A program made the position numbers and the translations under genes. From Dehalococcoidia bacterium (lineage in GTDB: Bacteria; Chloroflexota; Dehalococcoidia; Lucifugimonadales; UBA3495): 64,000 nt of DNA. The stretch covers positions 35,266 to 99,265 of the forward strand of contig CBDHDC010000002.1 in NCBI GenBank assembly GCA_965261195.1. Direction: 5' to 3'. Below, piece by piece: positions 46,522-56,190 of this stretch (position 1 is its first letter; every line of letters begins with the position of its first letter). The notes beneath the pieces were generated by a model, which saw only the letters and a program-made list of their open reading frames with translations, did not search any database and had not been told where the DNA came from.

Positions 46522-46809
46522 CTAACGCCTCTCTACAGCCCCCACTTTCTCACGGAGTTCCTTTCCGGCCTTGAAGAATGGCACCTTCTTGCAGGGAACC
46601 TGGACTGCGACGCCGGTCTTGGGATTGCGCCCTTGTCGGGCATTGCGGCTCCGGGTTCGAAAACTGCCGAAACCTCGCAGCTCCACTTTGTCCCCCTCCT
46701 GCAAAGTCTCGGTAATGCACGCGAGCAAAATGCCGACGATGGCTTCGGTCTGCCTTTTGGTAAGGTGGACTCTGGCGGCAACTCTTTCAGCGAGTTCTGC
46801 TTTTGTCAT
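46522..46809 (-). CDS. HU/IHF-family DNA-binding protein (IHF-beta-like)
   Basis: The translation runs MTKAELAERVA...VELRGFGSFRTRSRNARQGRNPKTGVAVQVPCKKVPFFKAGKELREKV. Confidence 0.9.
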   Translation of the reverse strand: MTKAELAERVAARVHLTKRQTEAIVGILLACITETLQEGDKVELRGFGSFRTRSRNARQGRNPKTGVAVQVPCKKVPFFKAGKELREKVGAVERR

Positions 46810-47019
46810 GTCTCCAGCCCCAATGAAGGAACACGTTCTGTATAGACAAGGCCGCCAACTAACTGCTCATCTTTTTCCGCGCCGAGCCATTCGTTCAACT
46901 TCGAGGCGTCGGCGCGGGTCGCAGACAGCATTGCGGCCGACATCTTGTAGCGCAGCGGTGCTGACAATCCGTGGCAGCGGCGGTCGTCCGGATCGCGTGC
47001 GGCGACCGCCGAACCTGGG

Positions 47020-50000
47020 TCATTCAATTGTCAGTTCAGGAAGGCCGCGCACAACCTCCATGGTCTCCAGGCTGACGGTGATGATCCGCAGGAACAGGTT
47101 GAGCGGATAGCGGGGGTCGCCGACGGTCTCGATTGCGTAGCGATTGGCGTCGTTAACGATCCCGCTCGCCTTGTCGGTCCTGACGCCCTGGCGTTCCATG
47201 ACCCAGGCGAGTGCGGGCTTGCCGTTGACGACGTATTCCCATGCTGCCTCGGGGATGTCGCGAATGGTGATGTGGGCGTTGTAGATTACCGTCGAGCGGT
47301 CCTTGTTTCTGCCCGATCCCGGATGCCGCATCTTTGTGACCCGGTACACCTCCTCGGGTGCTGTCATGAGCAGCTTGCCGCCGGTGTCGATGGTGGCCAG
47401 ATAGGGTTCAATCGACTCGTAGCCGACATGCAGTTCGCCGAGTCGCTTCCCGGCGTCCCGAAAGGCGCGATAGTCCTCGACCGGCTTCACGCAGGGGATA
47501 CGCGGCAACTCCTTGGAGAGGTTAGCCCGGAAGCGGCTGCGGTAGTCTTCGGAATGCAGAAGCCCATAGATGTAGTGGAAGATGTCCTCCCGACTGACAG
47601 ACTCCGTCGGGTATGCGGTACGAAAGTACTGAAGGCCGTAATCGCTGATGGCGTCGAGACGCCGGTAACCGGGAATGCGCTCTCCGAGCAGGTCAGCTTC
47701 GGCGTCATCGTTCCCTTTGTAAAGCCAGAATGGAAAGCACTGGCCCGTGTCGATTGTGTGCAGATTCGGCAAGGCGTCCATCATCAGCGCAGAAAATCCC
47801 GAGCGCCCACCCTTTCCCGTTAGCGCGATCACCCGGTTGGACAGTTCGGCGTTCGGGAAAACGCGGGGCATCTGATAGACCATCTCATTGAGGCGACGGC
47901 TGAAGAACTGCCATTGCTTCGCAAAGGGGCGATACACGCAGGGGACGAATACGCCATCGCTTTGTTGGAGTTCTTTCCCCTTTCGGACATCCTGCTTGAG
48001 AGAGCGGGTCCAGCTGATCCTGTTGGTATCGACGGTTACGAAGTCATCGATATTCGGTAGCGCACCTCCTGTGGGCTTTGCGGTTTCAGTCGCAATCTTC
48101 CAGCGCGCCATCTCATCGTTGTAGAACTCAATCGTTGATCCAATGTTTTCGGCCAGCACTGTCCGAGAAAAGTTGATGCACCAAGGGTCCCTGTTGGTGA
48201 CCACGCCGAGAGAGTAGTTGTCGAACAGAACGTCCCCGGCGTTGTCTTTCTTGTCGCCGATTCTCGTATAGACCTCGAAGCCCGCGTTGCGCTGATCCAG
48301 CCAGTCGCCATGCGAGTCGGGGGTAACTCTGGTCCATCCGTGGGCATCCTCGATTCCACGGACGCTGCCAAAGCACTTGACGATATCCAGCTTTTGTTTC
48401 CGGTCAAGATCGTCCCCGACGGCATGGAACAGAATGCGGCCCTGCTCCGAGGCATCAGGGTTCTTTACGAAGACCGTGATGGCGACCGGCGTTCGAGTGC
48501 CTTCGCCAAAAACATTGCCCCGTTCCCGCCTACGCCGTTCGCCTGAAGTGTATGCATCCCCGCGCAGGTGGAACACATGCAGGCTGGCGAACTCCTCGGC
48601 GAGGCACTTGCGCAATCCGTCCATTGCATTGCTGTCAAGCCAGCCGGCGTTGGTGACGTACGCCATCACCCCGGCCCTCCCGAGCCGATCACTGCCCCAG
48701 CGGATCGCACGGATGTAGCTGTCGTAGAGATTTTGCAACAAGGTGGCGTTCGAACGTTCCGCGTAGGTCGAGCGGATCCTTTGGTCCAGTCGCGCATAGG
48801 CCACGTTCTTGGCGTTGTCGTTTTCGCTCTTCTGGCCCGCGGAATAGGGCGGATTACTGATGATGACCCGGATGTTCGTCCCCTTCTGCCGCTCGCGCCG
48901 GTCGGTGTTGTTCTTCATGTAGAAGGACAGCTCGTCGTCGCCCTCGTGCAGGGCGAACGTGTCGGTCAGGCAGATGCCGGTGTAGGGAAGATAATCGGTG
49001 CGCTCGGCAACCGAGTGAAAGACCGTCTCGATGTTGATCGCGGCGATGTAATAGGCGAGCAGCACGATTTCGTTCGCGTGAATCTCCTCGCGGTACTTGC
49101 GTTCCAGGTCTTCAGGCGCGATGAGGCCCAATTGCAGCAGCCGGGTGATGAAGGTTCCCGTGCCGACGAAGGGGTCGAGGATGTGGACGCCTTTAGAGCC
49201 GAGCGTCTGGCCGAACTCCTCCTCCAGTGCCTTGTTCACCGAGCCGATGATGAAGTCCACGATCTCGACCGGCGTGTAGACGATGCCGAGCATCTGGGTC
49301 GTGCGCGGAAACGCGTCCCGGAAAAACTTGTCGTATAGCTCGACGATCAGGTTCTGCCGCGCCAGCGGATCAGTAATTCCTGCCGCGCGCCGGCGCACCG
49401 AGGCATAGAAGCCTTCGAGCGTCTTGGCTTCCCGCTCGATTTGCGTCTCGTCGATGACCGACAGGACCTCCGTCATCGCGACCGAGACCGGGTTCCTGTC
49501 GACGAAGGTATGGCCTTGGAACAGCGCGTCAAACACGGGGCGGGTGATCAGATGCTGGGCCAGCATCTCGATGGCGTCGTGCTCGGTGATGGATTCGTTG
49601 AGGTCGTCGCGGAGTTCCAGCAGGAAGTCCTGGAAGAACGACCGGGCATGGCTGTCCGGTTGTTGCACGAGGCCAGTGATTCGGGTGATATGACGTTCCG
49701 CAATCTCCGCCACGTCCTTCGCCCAGTCTTCCCAGTAGTCGCGCGTACCGCACTTCTCGACGATCTTCGCTATCACGGCGCGCGAAAAGTCGTCGATGAC
49801 CAGCGGCAAGGGCTCCTGGCGGTCGTCCTTGCCTTCGGAGTCGCCCGAGCCGCCCCGGCCGATCCCTGACCCACGCGCCAGGATACGGCTCGGCAGCTCT
49901 TCCACCTTTGCCGTTACCGCCTGGAGTTCGGCGTTGTCGACCGGCCGTCTGCCATCCACGATCGCGATGCGATCGCTGACATCCTGGCCGAGGCCGCCCT

Positions 50001-51924
50001 GGTTGATGACCGCGTCGAGCCTCTCGTCATGGGAACGGAGCGCGTTGAGAATTTGCCAGATGACGCGGTACTTTTCGTTGTCGCCGAGCGCCACGTCAGT
50101 AGGCACGCCCGGCGGGATGGCGACCGGCAGAATGACGTAGCCCATCCGTTTGCCGGGCGCCCGGCGCATCACCCGGCCCACCGCCTGCACGACATCGATC
50201 TGGCTGTTGCGGGGATGCAGGAACAGGACCGCGTCGAGAGCCGGCAGGTCAACGCCCTCGGTCAGGCATCGCGCGTTGCTCAGGATGCGGCATACATCGG
50301 CGCCCGCGTCCTCCTTGAGCCAGTCGAGCCTCTTGCCTCGCTCCCGGGCATTGTAGGTGCCGTCGACATGCTGCACCTCGCAGAACACACCGCTGCCTTC
50401 GGCGTCACTGCTTTCGAGCTGGAACTCCGCGACCACCTGCTCGAACTCGTCGCGGACCAGTTTCGAGCTCGCGATGCTCCTGCAGAACGCCAGGGCGCGG
50501 CGCATGGGACCCGAATCGTCCGCCGGTGTCTCCGTGAGGCCCGTCTTGGAAAGGGCCTTCCAGCAACCGACGATCTTCGTCGCGTCGTCCAGGACAAGCT
50601 CGCTGTCCGTGTCGGCTAGGCGCTTTTGTACCGCAGTGCTGACCTGCCCTTCGTCCATAGCCAAAACGATCACCCGGTAGTCCGTGAGAATGCCGCTCTC
50701 GACTGCCCGGGCAAAGCCGTGATGGAAGAGGACCTCGCCATAAAGAGCGGGGTCGTCCATGGAGGCCAGGACGGTCTGGGTGTCGCGCGCCTTCGACTTC
50801 GCGTTCTCGCCGTAGATGCGCGGCGTCGCTGTCATGTAGAGGCGCTTGCGGCCACGGATCACGTCGTTGTCGTGGACCTTCACGAAATTGGACTGGTCCT
50901 CGCCGGCGAAGGTTACGCCCGTGGTTCGGTGGGCCTCGTCGCAAACGATCAGGTCGAACTCGGGAAGGCCATGACTTGCCTGTGCGGCCGCGATCACCGA
51001 AATCGATTGGTAGGTGGCGAAGACGACACGCATCGAGCCGGCCTCTGTTGCGACGACCGCACGCGCGAGCGAAGCCGCGTCCGTCGTCGCCGGAAAGGCG
51101 AGATCGGTGACTTCGAGCTCGGCGACGTCATGCCTGCTGCGCCTCCGTTTGCCCACCTGGATATCCGAGCACACGGCAAAGGCGGTGAGCGGCAGAACTG
51201 CGTCGGCGCACCACTCGCGCACCGTCTGCGCCATCAGGGCGAGGGACGGCACCAGGAGCAGGACATGCCCGCCGGAACCCGCCAGTTCCTCGGCAATGCG
51301 CAGGCCGGTCAGGGTCTTTCCCGTCCCGCACGCCATAATCAGCTTGCCGCGGTCAGCCTCGGCCAGACCGGCCCGGACGGCCTCCAGCGCCTCGATCTGG
51401 TCCTGTCGCAGGGTTTTCGGCTTGGGGCGTACGATCTCGCCGGTCGCCGCGAACGCCGACCAGTCCACCTGACTCTCACGCAGGCCGCCCAGGCCGATCC
51501 GCGCGGTCGGGATTGTCTGGCCGTGCAGCATCATCTCGGCGTTGTCGCTCCACGGCACGTCGGTGGTCTCGACGATCAGCCGTTCGGCGAACGCATGCTT
51601 CGCCGAGGCGGAGATGAAGCTGTCGATGTCTTCCTTGCGGATACGCCGAAGGGCATCGAAGAACTTGCACTGGATCGCGGCGAGGCTGCCGTCATGCAAT
51701 GTTCCGACGAGATCGATCCCGGTGTCGCTCCGGTCCAGTTCCCGGCGGCGCGCCCAATCGGACCAGAGTTCAACGCGGGCGAAGCGCTTCGCCTGCACCG
51801 GATCGGCAACGAGCCATGCGGTGACCAGTTTCTCGAACGCGGTGCCCTTGTCGCGTTCGCTAATGGCGGCGGCCCGGTAGGACTCGAGAAGGTGATCCAG
51901 TGGACTCATCGCGGGCACCTCCAC
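47020..51924 (-). CDS. Type ISP (LlaGI-like) single-polypeptide restriction-modification enzyme, 1634 aa
   Basis: The N-terminus has an Mrr-like nuclease (GIDLVGTLHDGSLAAIQCKF). An SF2 ATPase follows (MACGTGKTLTG, VCDEAHRTTG), then an N6-adenine methyltransferase motif IV (ISNPPYSAGQ) and a long C-terminal target-recognition region. Confidence 0.9.
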   Translation of the reverse strand: MEVPAMSPLDHLLESYRAAAISERDKGTAFEKLVTAWLVADPVQAKRFARVELWSDWARRRELDRSDTGIDLVGTLHDGSLAAIQCKFFDALRRIRKEDIDSFISASAKHAFAERLIVETTDVPWSDNAEMMLHGQTIPTARIGLGGLRESQVDWSAFAATGEIVRPKPKTLRQDQIEALEAVRAGLAEADRGKLIMACGTGKTLTGLRIAEELAGSGGHVLLLVPSLALMAQTVREWCADAVLPLTAFAVCSDIQVGKRRRSRHDVAELEVTDLAFPATTDAASLARAVVATEAGSMRVVFATYQSISVIAAAQASHGLPEFDLIVCDEAHRTTGVTFAGEDQSNFVKVHDNDVIRGRKRLYMTATPRIYGENAKSKARDTQTVLASMDDPALYGEVLFHHGFARAVESGILTDYRVIVLAMDEGQVSTAVQKRLADTDSELVLDDATKIVGCWKALSKTGLTETPADDSGPMRRALAFCRSIASSKLVRDEFEQVVAEFQLESSDAEGSGVFCEVQHVDGTYNARERGKRLDWLKEDAGADVCRILSNARCLTEGVDLPALDAVLFLHPRNSQIDVVQAVGRVMRRAPGKRMGYVILPVAIPPGVPTDVALGDNEKYRVIWQILNALRSHDERLDAVINQGGLGQDVSDRIAIVDGRRPVDNAELQAVTAKVEELPSRILARGSGIGRGGSGDSEGKDDRQEPLPLVIDDFSRAVIAKIVEKCGTRDYWEDWAKDVAEIAERHITRITGLVQQPDSHARSFFQDFLLELRDDLNESITEHDAIEMLAQHLITRPVFDALFQGHTFVDRNPVSVAMTEVLSVIDETQIEREAKTLEGFYASVRRRAAGITDPLARQNLIVELYDKFFRDAFPRTTQMLGIVYTPVEIVDFIIGSVNKALEEEFGQTLGSKGVHILDPFVGTGTFITRLLQLGLIAPEDLERKYREEIHANEIVLLAYYIAAINIETVFHSVAERTDYLPYTGICLTDTFALHEGDDELSFYMKNNTDRRERQKGTNIRVIISNPPYSAGQKSENDNAKNVAYARLDQRIRSTYAERSNATLLQNLYDSYIRAIRWGSDRLGRAGVMAYVTNAGWLDSNAMDGLRKCLAEEFASLHVFHLRGDAYTSGERRRRERGNVFGEGTRTPVAITVFVKNPDASEQGRILFHAVGDDLDRKQKLDIVKCFGSVRGIEDAHGWTRVTPDSHGDWLDQRNAGFEVYTRIGDKKDNAGDVLFDNYSLGVVTNRDPWCINFSRTVLAENIGSTIEFYNDEMARWKIATETAKPTGGALPNIDDFVTVDTNRISWTRSLKQDVRKGKELQQSDGVFVPCVYRPFAKQWQFFSRRLNEMVYQMPRVFPNAELSNRVIALTGKGGRSGFSALMMDALPNLHTIDTGQCFPFWLYKGNDDAEADLLGERIPGYRRLDAISDYGLQYFRTAYPTESVSREDIFHYIYGLLHSEDYRSRFRANLSKELPRIPCVKPVEDYRAFRDAGKRLGELHVGYESIEPYLATIDTGGKLLMTAPEEVYRVTKMRHPGSGRNKDRSTVIYNAHITIRDIPEAAWEYVVNGKPALAWVMERQGVRTDKASGIVNDANRYAIETVGDPRYPLNLFLRIITVSLETMEVVRGLPELTIE

Positions 51925-52227
51925 TCAGTTGACTGCGCTGGGGATTCGACGTTGCGAATCGGAGAACCGAGACCCTCGTCGGCGATCGAATCGAAAAAGG
52001 CGGCGACCCGCGGCTCGGGCCGCGGCCGCATCATCTCGGAGACGACGTTCGTGTCTATCAGGGTATCCAATAGTAATGGAACAATTTTGGTTGTTAAGGG
52101 ATTCTGCCGCCCGCTGCCCGCAGCGGTCGTAGTCCCTTGCGCCGCAGCGCCGCTTCGATGTCGAAGTGAAAACGGCCGTAGACATTCTGATAAGGGTTAC
52201 TCTAGATCTCTGGGGTTTACCGAGTGA

Positions 52228-52255
52228 ACTTCGGATAAGGGCGGTTATGTCGCCT
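52228..52255 (+). other. dif/Xer-like site b
   Basis: ACTTCGGATAA-GGGCGG-TTATGTCGCCT. An extra left-arm-like ATTCTGATAA lies 35 bp upstream. Confidence 0.6.
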
Positions 52256-52308
52256 TTGGATGCACGCGCCATTGGTAGTAGTAATGAAAGCCCCTTGGAA
52301 AGACTACC

Positions 52309-52998
52309 TCAAAAGTGCGAGACCGAAACAATTTCGGCTATGTCCTGCAGCGTGCTTGTCTGTACTACGATTTTTTCTTCCTGTTTAGCGGGTTGTCCGA
52401 ACTCCCCGTATCCTTCGGGTTCAACTCCGCGATCTACATTTTCAACGCAGAAAGCGTTGTTGCGTCCGAAGAGAATTCTGTATTCCTGCTGGTGACTGTA
52501 CCCGGGGTCTTTTCGGGTTGCTATTTCCGCAGGGAAGGCGTGAACAACACCAAACGCCGAAGTATCGTAAGTTACCGGTTTTGCAATTCGCCAACCATCG
52601 TCTTTCCTGCCTTCCCATTCAGGTAATTCGGCCCATGGAGGGCATGCTCCTTTTATCCGATCAAAAAATCGTTTCGGATCTTTAATTACCACGACAAAGT
52701 TCGCCCCAAAGCACTTTGCCAAATCCGCAGACCGTTTTTGGCTGAGACAACATACGAAGATGTCATTGGCTTTTGCTGTTGAGACAAAATTATACCCTGA
52801 GAGATCAAAAGGTCGTCCCTGCGTGTGATTCCAGCCTCTTGCGGGAGCGGAAACGCGGGCCTCTCCTTTGTCGCTGCGTGCAGCATCATTCTCGAGTCTT
52901 TGGAAATGACCAAGGGTCTGAAACAGTATCTGCCCCCTCATCATTGTGTGGGCATGCTCGATACATGTTAGATATTTGTACAAGTACCTCGCAGGCAT
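52309..52998 (-). CDS. hypothetical protein, possibly DUF2971-like
   Basis: The N-terminal RYLYKYLTCIEHAHTMMRGQILFQTLGHFQRLENDAARSDKGE resembles the DUF2971 N-terminal pattern. Lower GC than the surroundings. Confidence 0.5.
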   Translation of the reverse strand: MPARYLYKYLTCIEHAHTMMRGQILFQTLGHFQRLENDAARSDKGEARVSAPARGWNHTQGRPFDLSGYNFVSTAKANDIFVCCLSQKRSADLAKCFGANFVVVIKDPKRFFDRIKGACPPWAELPEWEGRKDDGWRIAKPVTYDTSAFGVVHAFPAEIATRKDPGYSHQQEYRILFGRNNAFCVENVDRGVEPEGYGEFGQPAKQEEKIVVQTSTLQDIAEIVSVSHF

Positions 52999-53243
52999 AC
53001 ATCCTCCGGAACTTCCGACAAGACACTTTATGTCGCCTTCGGGGGGTCGGTTTCGGAAACGGGCCGCAGCGCCGCAATGCCGAGGCTATGCTTGTCGAGA
53101 CAGTGAGACAGTGGCGGGATCAAGTCGTGGACCTGCTACCGGAGCGCGCGGCTGACACTGCGGCGCATCGTCGAGGCAGGGCTTGAGCCCGGAGCCTCCT
53201 CCGCGAAAGGAAGGGTGAGGCTTCACCGGGTTGACAGGATGCC

Positions 53244-54530
53244 TTATGGGGCATCCTCGGGGTTCAGCTCGCGAAGCACTTGCTCCGCTCGGCTCTTGAT
53301 AACCGTGTTGTTAGCTTTCCGCGCCAATTCAAGCGCGGTTTCCAAGTCCTTCTGCCCCTCTGTGTTGAGGCCCGAAACGATCTTCCCAATGCCCCGATTG
53401 TAGTAGGCTTCAGGGTTGTCCGGCCGCAGGCGGATGGCCTCGTCGTAATCGGCAATGGCGTCGTCGAAACGGTTCTGCGCCTGCTTTACATTGCCCCGAT
53501 TGCTGTAGGCTTCAGGGTAGTCCGGTTTCAGACGGATGGCCTCGTCGTAATCGGCAATGGCGTCGTCGAAACGGTTCTGCGCCTGCTTCGCCTTGCCTCG
53601 ATTGTAGTAGGCCTGAGGGAGGTCCGGTTTTAGGCGGATGGCCTCGTCGCAATCGGCAATGGCGTCGTCAAATTGGCTCAGCGCCCACTTCGCATTGCAT
53701 CGGTTGTTGTAGGCTTTAGCATAGTCCGGTTTTAGGCGGATGGCCTCGTCGCAATCGGCAATGGCGTCGTCAAATTGGCTCAGCGCCCACTTCGCATTGC
53801 ACCGGTTGCTGTAGGCTGTAGCATAGTCCGGTTTCAGGCGGATGGCCTCGTCGCAATCGGCAATGGCGTCGTCAAATTGGCTCAGCGCCCACTTCGCATT
53901 GCATCGGTTGTTGTAGGCCGCAACATATTCCGGCTGCAGGCGGATCGCCTCGTCGTAAGCAAAAAGAGCCTGATGTGCGTTCTTTGTTTTCTCTTCCTCA
54001 GTACGCCTCTCTTGCAAAAGATATCCAACGGATAACCAAGCGCGGGCGGCCAACTGGGTGTCGATTCTTTCCGCCACATTGGCAATGGAGCGCCACTTTT
54101 CAATTGCCGCATCAATCTTTCCTTCGCGTTGCAAGCCTAAGGCATCGGCAACTGCCAAATCTAAAGGAGATAGAGTGGGGTTCCGCTGGGCCTCCAGAAC
54201 GGCTTCTTTAACTTGTTCAGTTTTATTAGGACTGGCGGCGTCTTCACTGGTTAGGCTCCGCCCTAGGGCAGCCTGTTGTTGTATCTCTTGCACGTCCCTG
54301 TCGAGCCTTATTTTCATCTCGTCGACGTAGTTCTGGGTTTCGGTTTCAAGTTTCTGAAATCTGGTGAAGCCCACGTAGCCGCCAATGACGACTACAATGC
54401 CAAAAAATGTAAGGATGAGGCCATTAACAGCCAGCCACCAGTTGATCGTGTTGGTTCTCGTATCTCGCAGTTCCCATCTGAGTTCGTTGATTTGGCGTTG
54501 TAATTCGACCTTGTCGGTGTCTTCGGCCAT
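53244..54530 (-). CDS. membrane-anchored tetratricopeptide-repeat (TPR) protein
   Basis: N-terminal transmembrane span (WWLAVNGLILTFFGIVVVIGGYVGF) followed by ~9 TPR units (AIADCDEAIRLKPDYA.AY.NRCNAKWALSQFDD). Confidence 0.85.
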   Translation of the reverse strand: MAEDTDKVELQRQINELRWELRDTRTNTINWWLAVNGLILTFFGIVVVIGGYVGFTRFQKLETETQNYVDEMKIRLDRDVQEIQQQAALGRSLTSEDAASPNKTEQVKEAVLEAQRNPTLSPLDLAVADALGLQREGKIDAAIEKWRSIANVAERIDTQLAARAWLSVGYLLQERRTEEEKTKNAHQALFAYDEAIRLQPEYVAAYNNRCNAKWALSQFDDAIADCDEAIRLKPDYATAYSNRCNAKWALSQFDDAIADCDEAIRLKPDYAKAYNNRCNAKWALSQFDDAIADCDEAIRLKPDLPQAYYNRGKAKQAQNRFDDAIADYDEAIRLKPDYPEAYSNRGNVKQAQNRFDDAIADYDEAIRLRPDNPEAYYNRGIGKIVSGLNTEGQKDLETALELARKANNTVIKSRAEQVLRELNPEDAP

Positions 54531-54577
54531 GGAATATTTCTCCGGTAATGAATCGGACGTTTAGCTGCCGCTTCTCA

Positions 54578-54606
54578 ACTTCCGATAAGCCTTCATTCTG
54601 TAAACT
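54578..54606 (+). other. dif/Xer-like site e (7-bp spacer)
   Basis: The sequence is ACTTCCGATAA-GCCTTCA-TTCTGTAAACT. Confidence 0.5.
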
Positions 54607-54797
54607 TTGAGTCCGCGCCATTGCTGGTCGAAACGGCATTCGCGACCGGCCCCCCACCCGGAAGGGTGGTTTCGCCGGTTTGAGGCCGCATTGGTGGGAC
54701 GGTCAGGCCCTGGAATGGCCTTCAGCCCTGCTTGAGTGGAGTGTGGGTGGGCGAATTTTGACGGCGCGAACTGCCGCGGCGTTCCCAGCTGCAGATT

Positions 54798-55094
54798 TCA
54801 GTTCTCCCCCTTCCACGTCTTCAGTTCTTCATCAATAAAATAGTTCACAAGGTCACGGTACATGTTCTCGATGGCATCCGGTGCGATACCTTCTTCTTCC
54901 GCCCAGCGTCTGCGCTGTTGTAGCATTGCCTGGAAACGTTCTGGAGCCCGTACGGTCGCGGCGCTCGTTTTGAACGGTGCCGCAGCCTGTACGTACTGAA
55001 AGCGCTGACCAAGAAGTGCGACGACCTCTCTATCGATTCTGTCAATCTCTGTGCGAATGTCCTGCATGTCTCTGCATTCGTTCGGCCGTTTCAA
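54798..55094 (-). CDS. AroQ-class chorismate mutase / isochorismate-pyruvate lyase (PchB-like)
   Basis: DIRTEIDRIDREVVALLGQRFQYVQAAAPFKTS...APERFQAMLQQRRRWAEEEG is collinear with PchB. Confidence 0.8.
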   Translation of the reverse strand: MKRPNECRDMQDIRTEIDRIDREVVALLGQRFQYVQAAAPFKTSAATVRAPERFQAMLQQRRRWAEEEGIAPDAIENMYRDLVNYFIDEELKTWKGEN

Positions 55095-55295
55095 TTGAAT
55101 GGTCTCCTTTCCTTCACCAGGAAGTAATAGTTCCTGTTATAGGTCCTTCGAGGCGTATCATCAAAGGACCGTTTTTTAAGACGCCCTCAAGCACCCGCCG
55201 AAACGGGCGAATTTCCGTTCCATCTGGCCGTCTCAGGATTTATAATGCCGTAAACTCGTCTGAACCGGACATAGACAGGACAAGGGGGGAGGAAC

Positions 55296-55475
55296 ATGAC
55301 CGAGCCCTGGCACGCGACCCTGTCGTGGGACAACCAGGCAAAGGTCTGGTACGTCTCGGAGACCAACTTTCGCGGCCTCGTCGCCGAGGCCTGCACCGCG
55401 CCGGCGCTACTCGCGAAACTCGAGTGCCTGGCTCCGGAGCTTTTCGAGCTCGACCTTCACCTTCTCGAGGACTGA
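55296..55475 (+). CDS. DUF1902-like small protein (59 aa)
   Basis: The translation is MTEPWHATLSWDNQAKVWYVSETNFRGLVAEACTAPALLAKLECLAPELFELD. It is below the ORF-track cutoff and ends 3 nt before the invertase start. Confidence 0.55.
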   Translation: MTEPWHATLSWDNQAKVWYVSETNFRGLVAEACTAPALLAKLECLAPELFELDLHLLED

Positions 55476-55478
55476 GCC

Positions 55479-56057
55479 ATGACCCGGACAATCGGCTACG
55501 CCCGGGTAAGCACCGCTGCGCAGGATCTGCAGCTGCAGCTCGATGCCCTGGCGGCGGCGGGGTGCGAGCCGGTGTTCACCGATCACGCCTCCGGAGCCAA
55601 GTCGAAGCGCCCGGGGCTCGACGCGTGCGTGGAAGAGCTCAAGGCCGGCGATACCCTGGTCGTCTGGCGCCTGGACCGCCTGGGGCGCTCGATGCCGCAC
55701 CTGGTCGGCCTGGTCGAGGGGCTGCTGCAGCGGGGCGTCGGCTTCCGGTCGCTCCAGGACGGCCGCATCGATACCACCACTGCGACGGGCGAGCTCATGT
55801 TTCACGTATTCTCGAGCCTGGCGCAGTTCGAGCGGCGGCTTATACAAGAGCGAACCACCGCGGGCCTGACAGCTGCACGTGCACGCGGCCGCCGCGGCGG
55901 CCGCCGGCCGATAACCGGCGCCGATCCGCGCGTCCAGGCTGCCAAACGCCTGAACCAAGACCGCAACCTGGGGATCGACGAAATCTGCAAGACGCTTGGG
56001 ATCTCCCGGTCGACGTTCTACCGGTATCTGGCGCTGGCAGATGGGGTCCAGAAGTGA
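55479..56057 (+). CDS. serine recombinase, Hin/Gin/Pin-type DNA invertase
   Basis: IGYARVSTAAQDLQLQLDAL...LVVWRLDRLGRS... with the C-terminal HTH ICKTLGISRSTFYRYL. Intact at 192 aa. Confidence 0.9.
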   Translation: MTRTIGYARVSTAAQDLQLQLDALAAAGCEPVFTDHASGAKSKRPGLDACVEELKAGDTLVVWRLDRLGRSMPHLVGLVEGLLQRGVGFRSLQDGRIDTTTATGELMFHVFSSLAQFERRLIQERTTAGLTAARARGRRGGRRPITGADPRVQAAKRLNQDRNLGIDEICKTLGISRSTFYRYLALADGVQK

Positions 56058-56190
56058 ACAGACTCCATTAACCGGTGGCAGGAATCAGGGGCAAGGTCAA
56101 ATGTTATACTACGCCGATGATTGACAGAACATCTACACGCAGACCAGTGCGACGGCGATGTGATCCCGCTCGGTCTGTCGCCGATCCAGC

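Noticed and set aside
50626-52227. 533-aa plus-strand ORF, and similar long ORFs at 48568-49338, 36875-38068, 54977-56071, 12447-13400, 14417-15370 and 15554-16447
   Set aside because: All are antisense or overlapping shadows of genes with strong motif support or paralog support. Their compositions are Arg/Gly/Ala/Val-rich, as expected for wrong-frame GC-rich translation.
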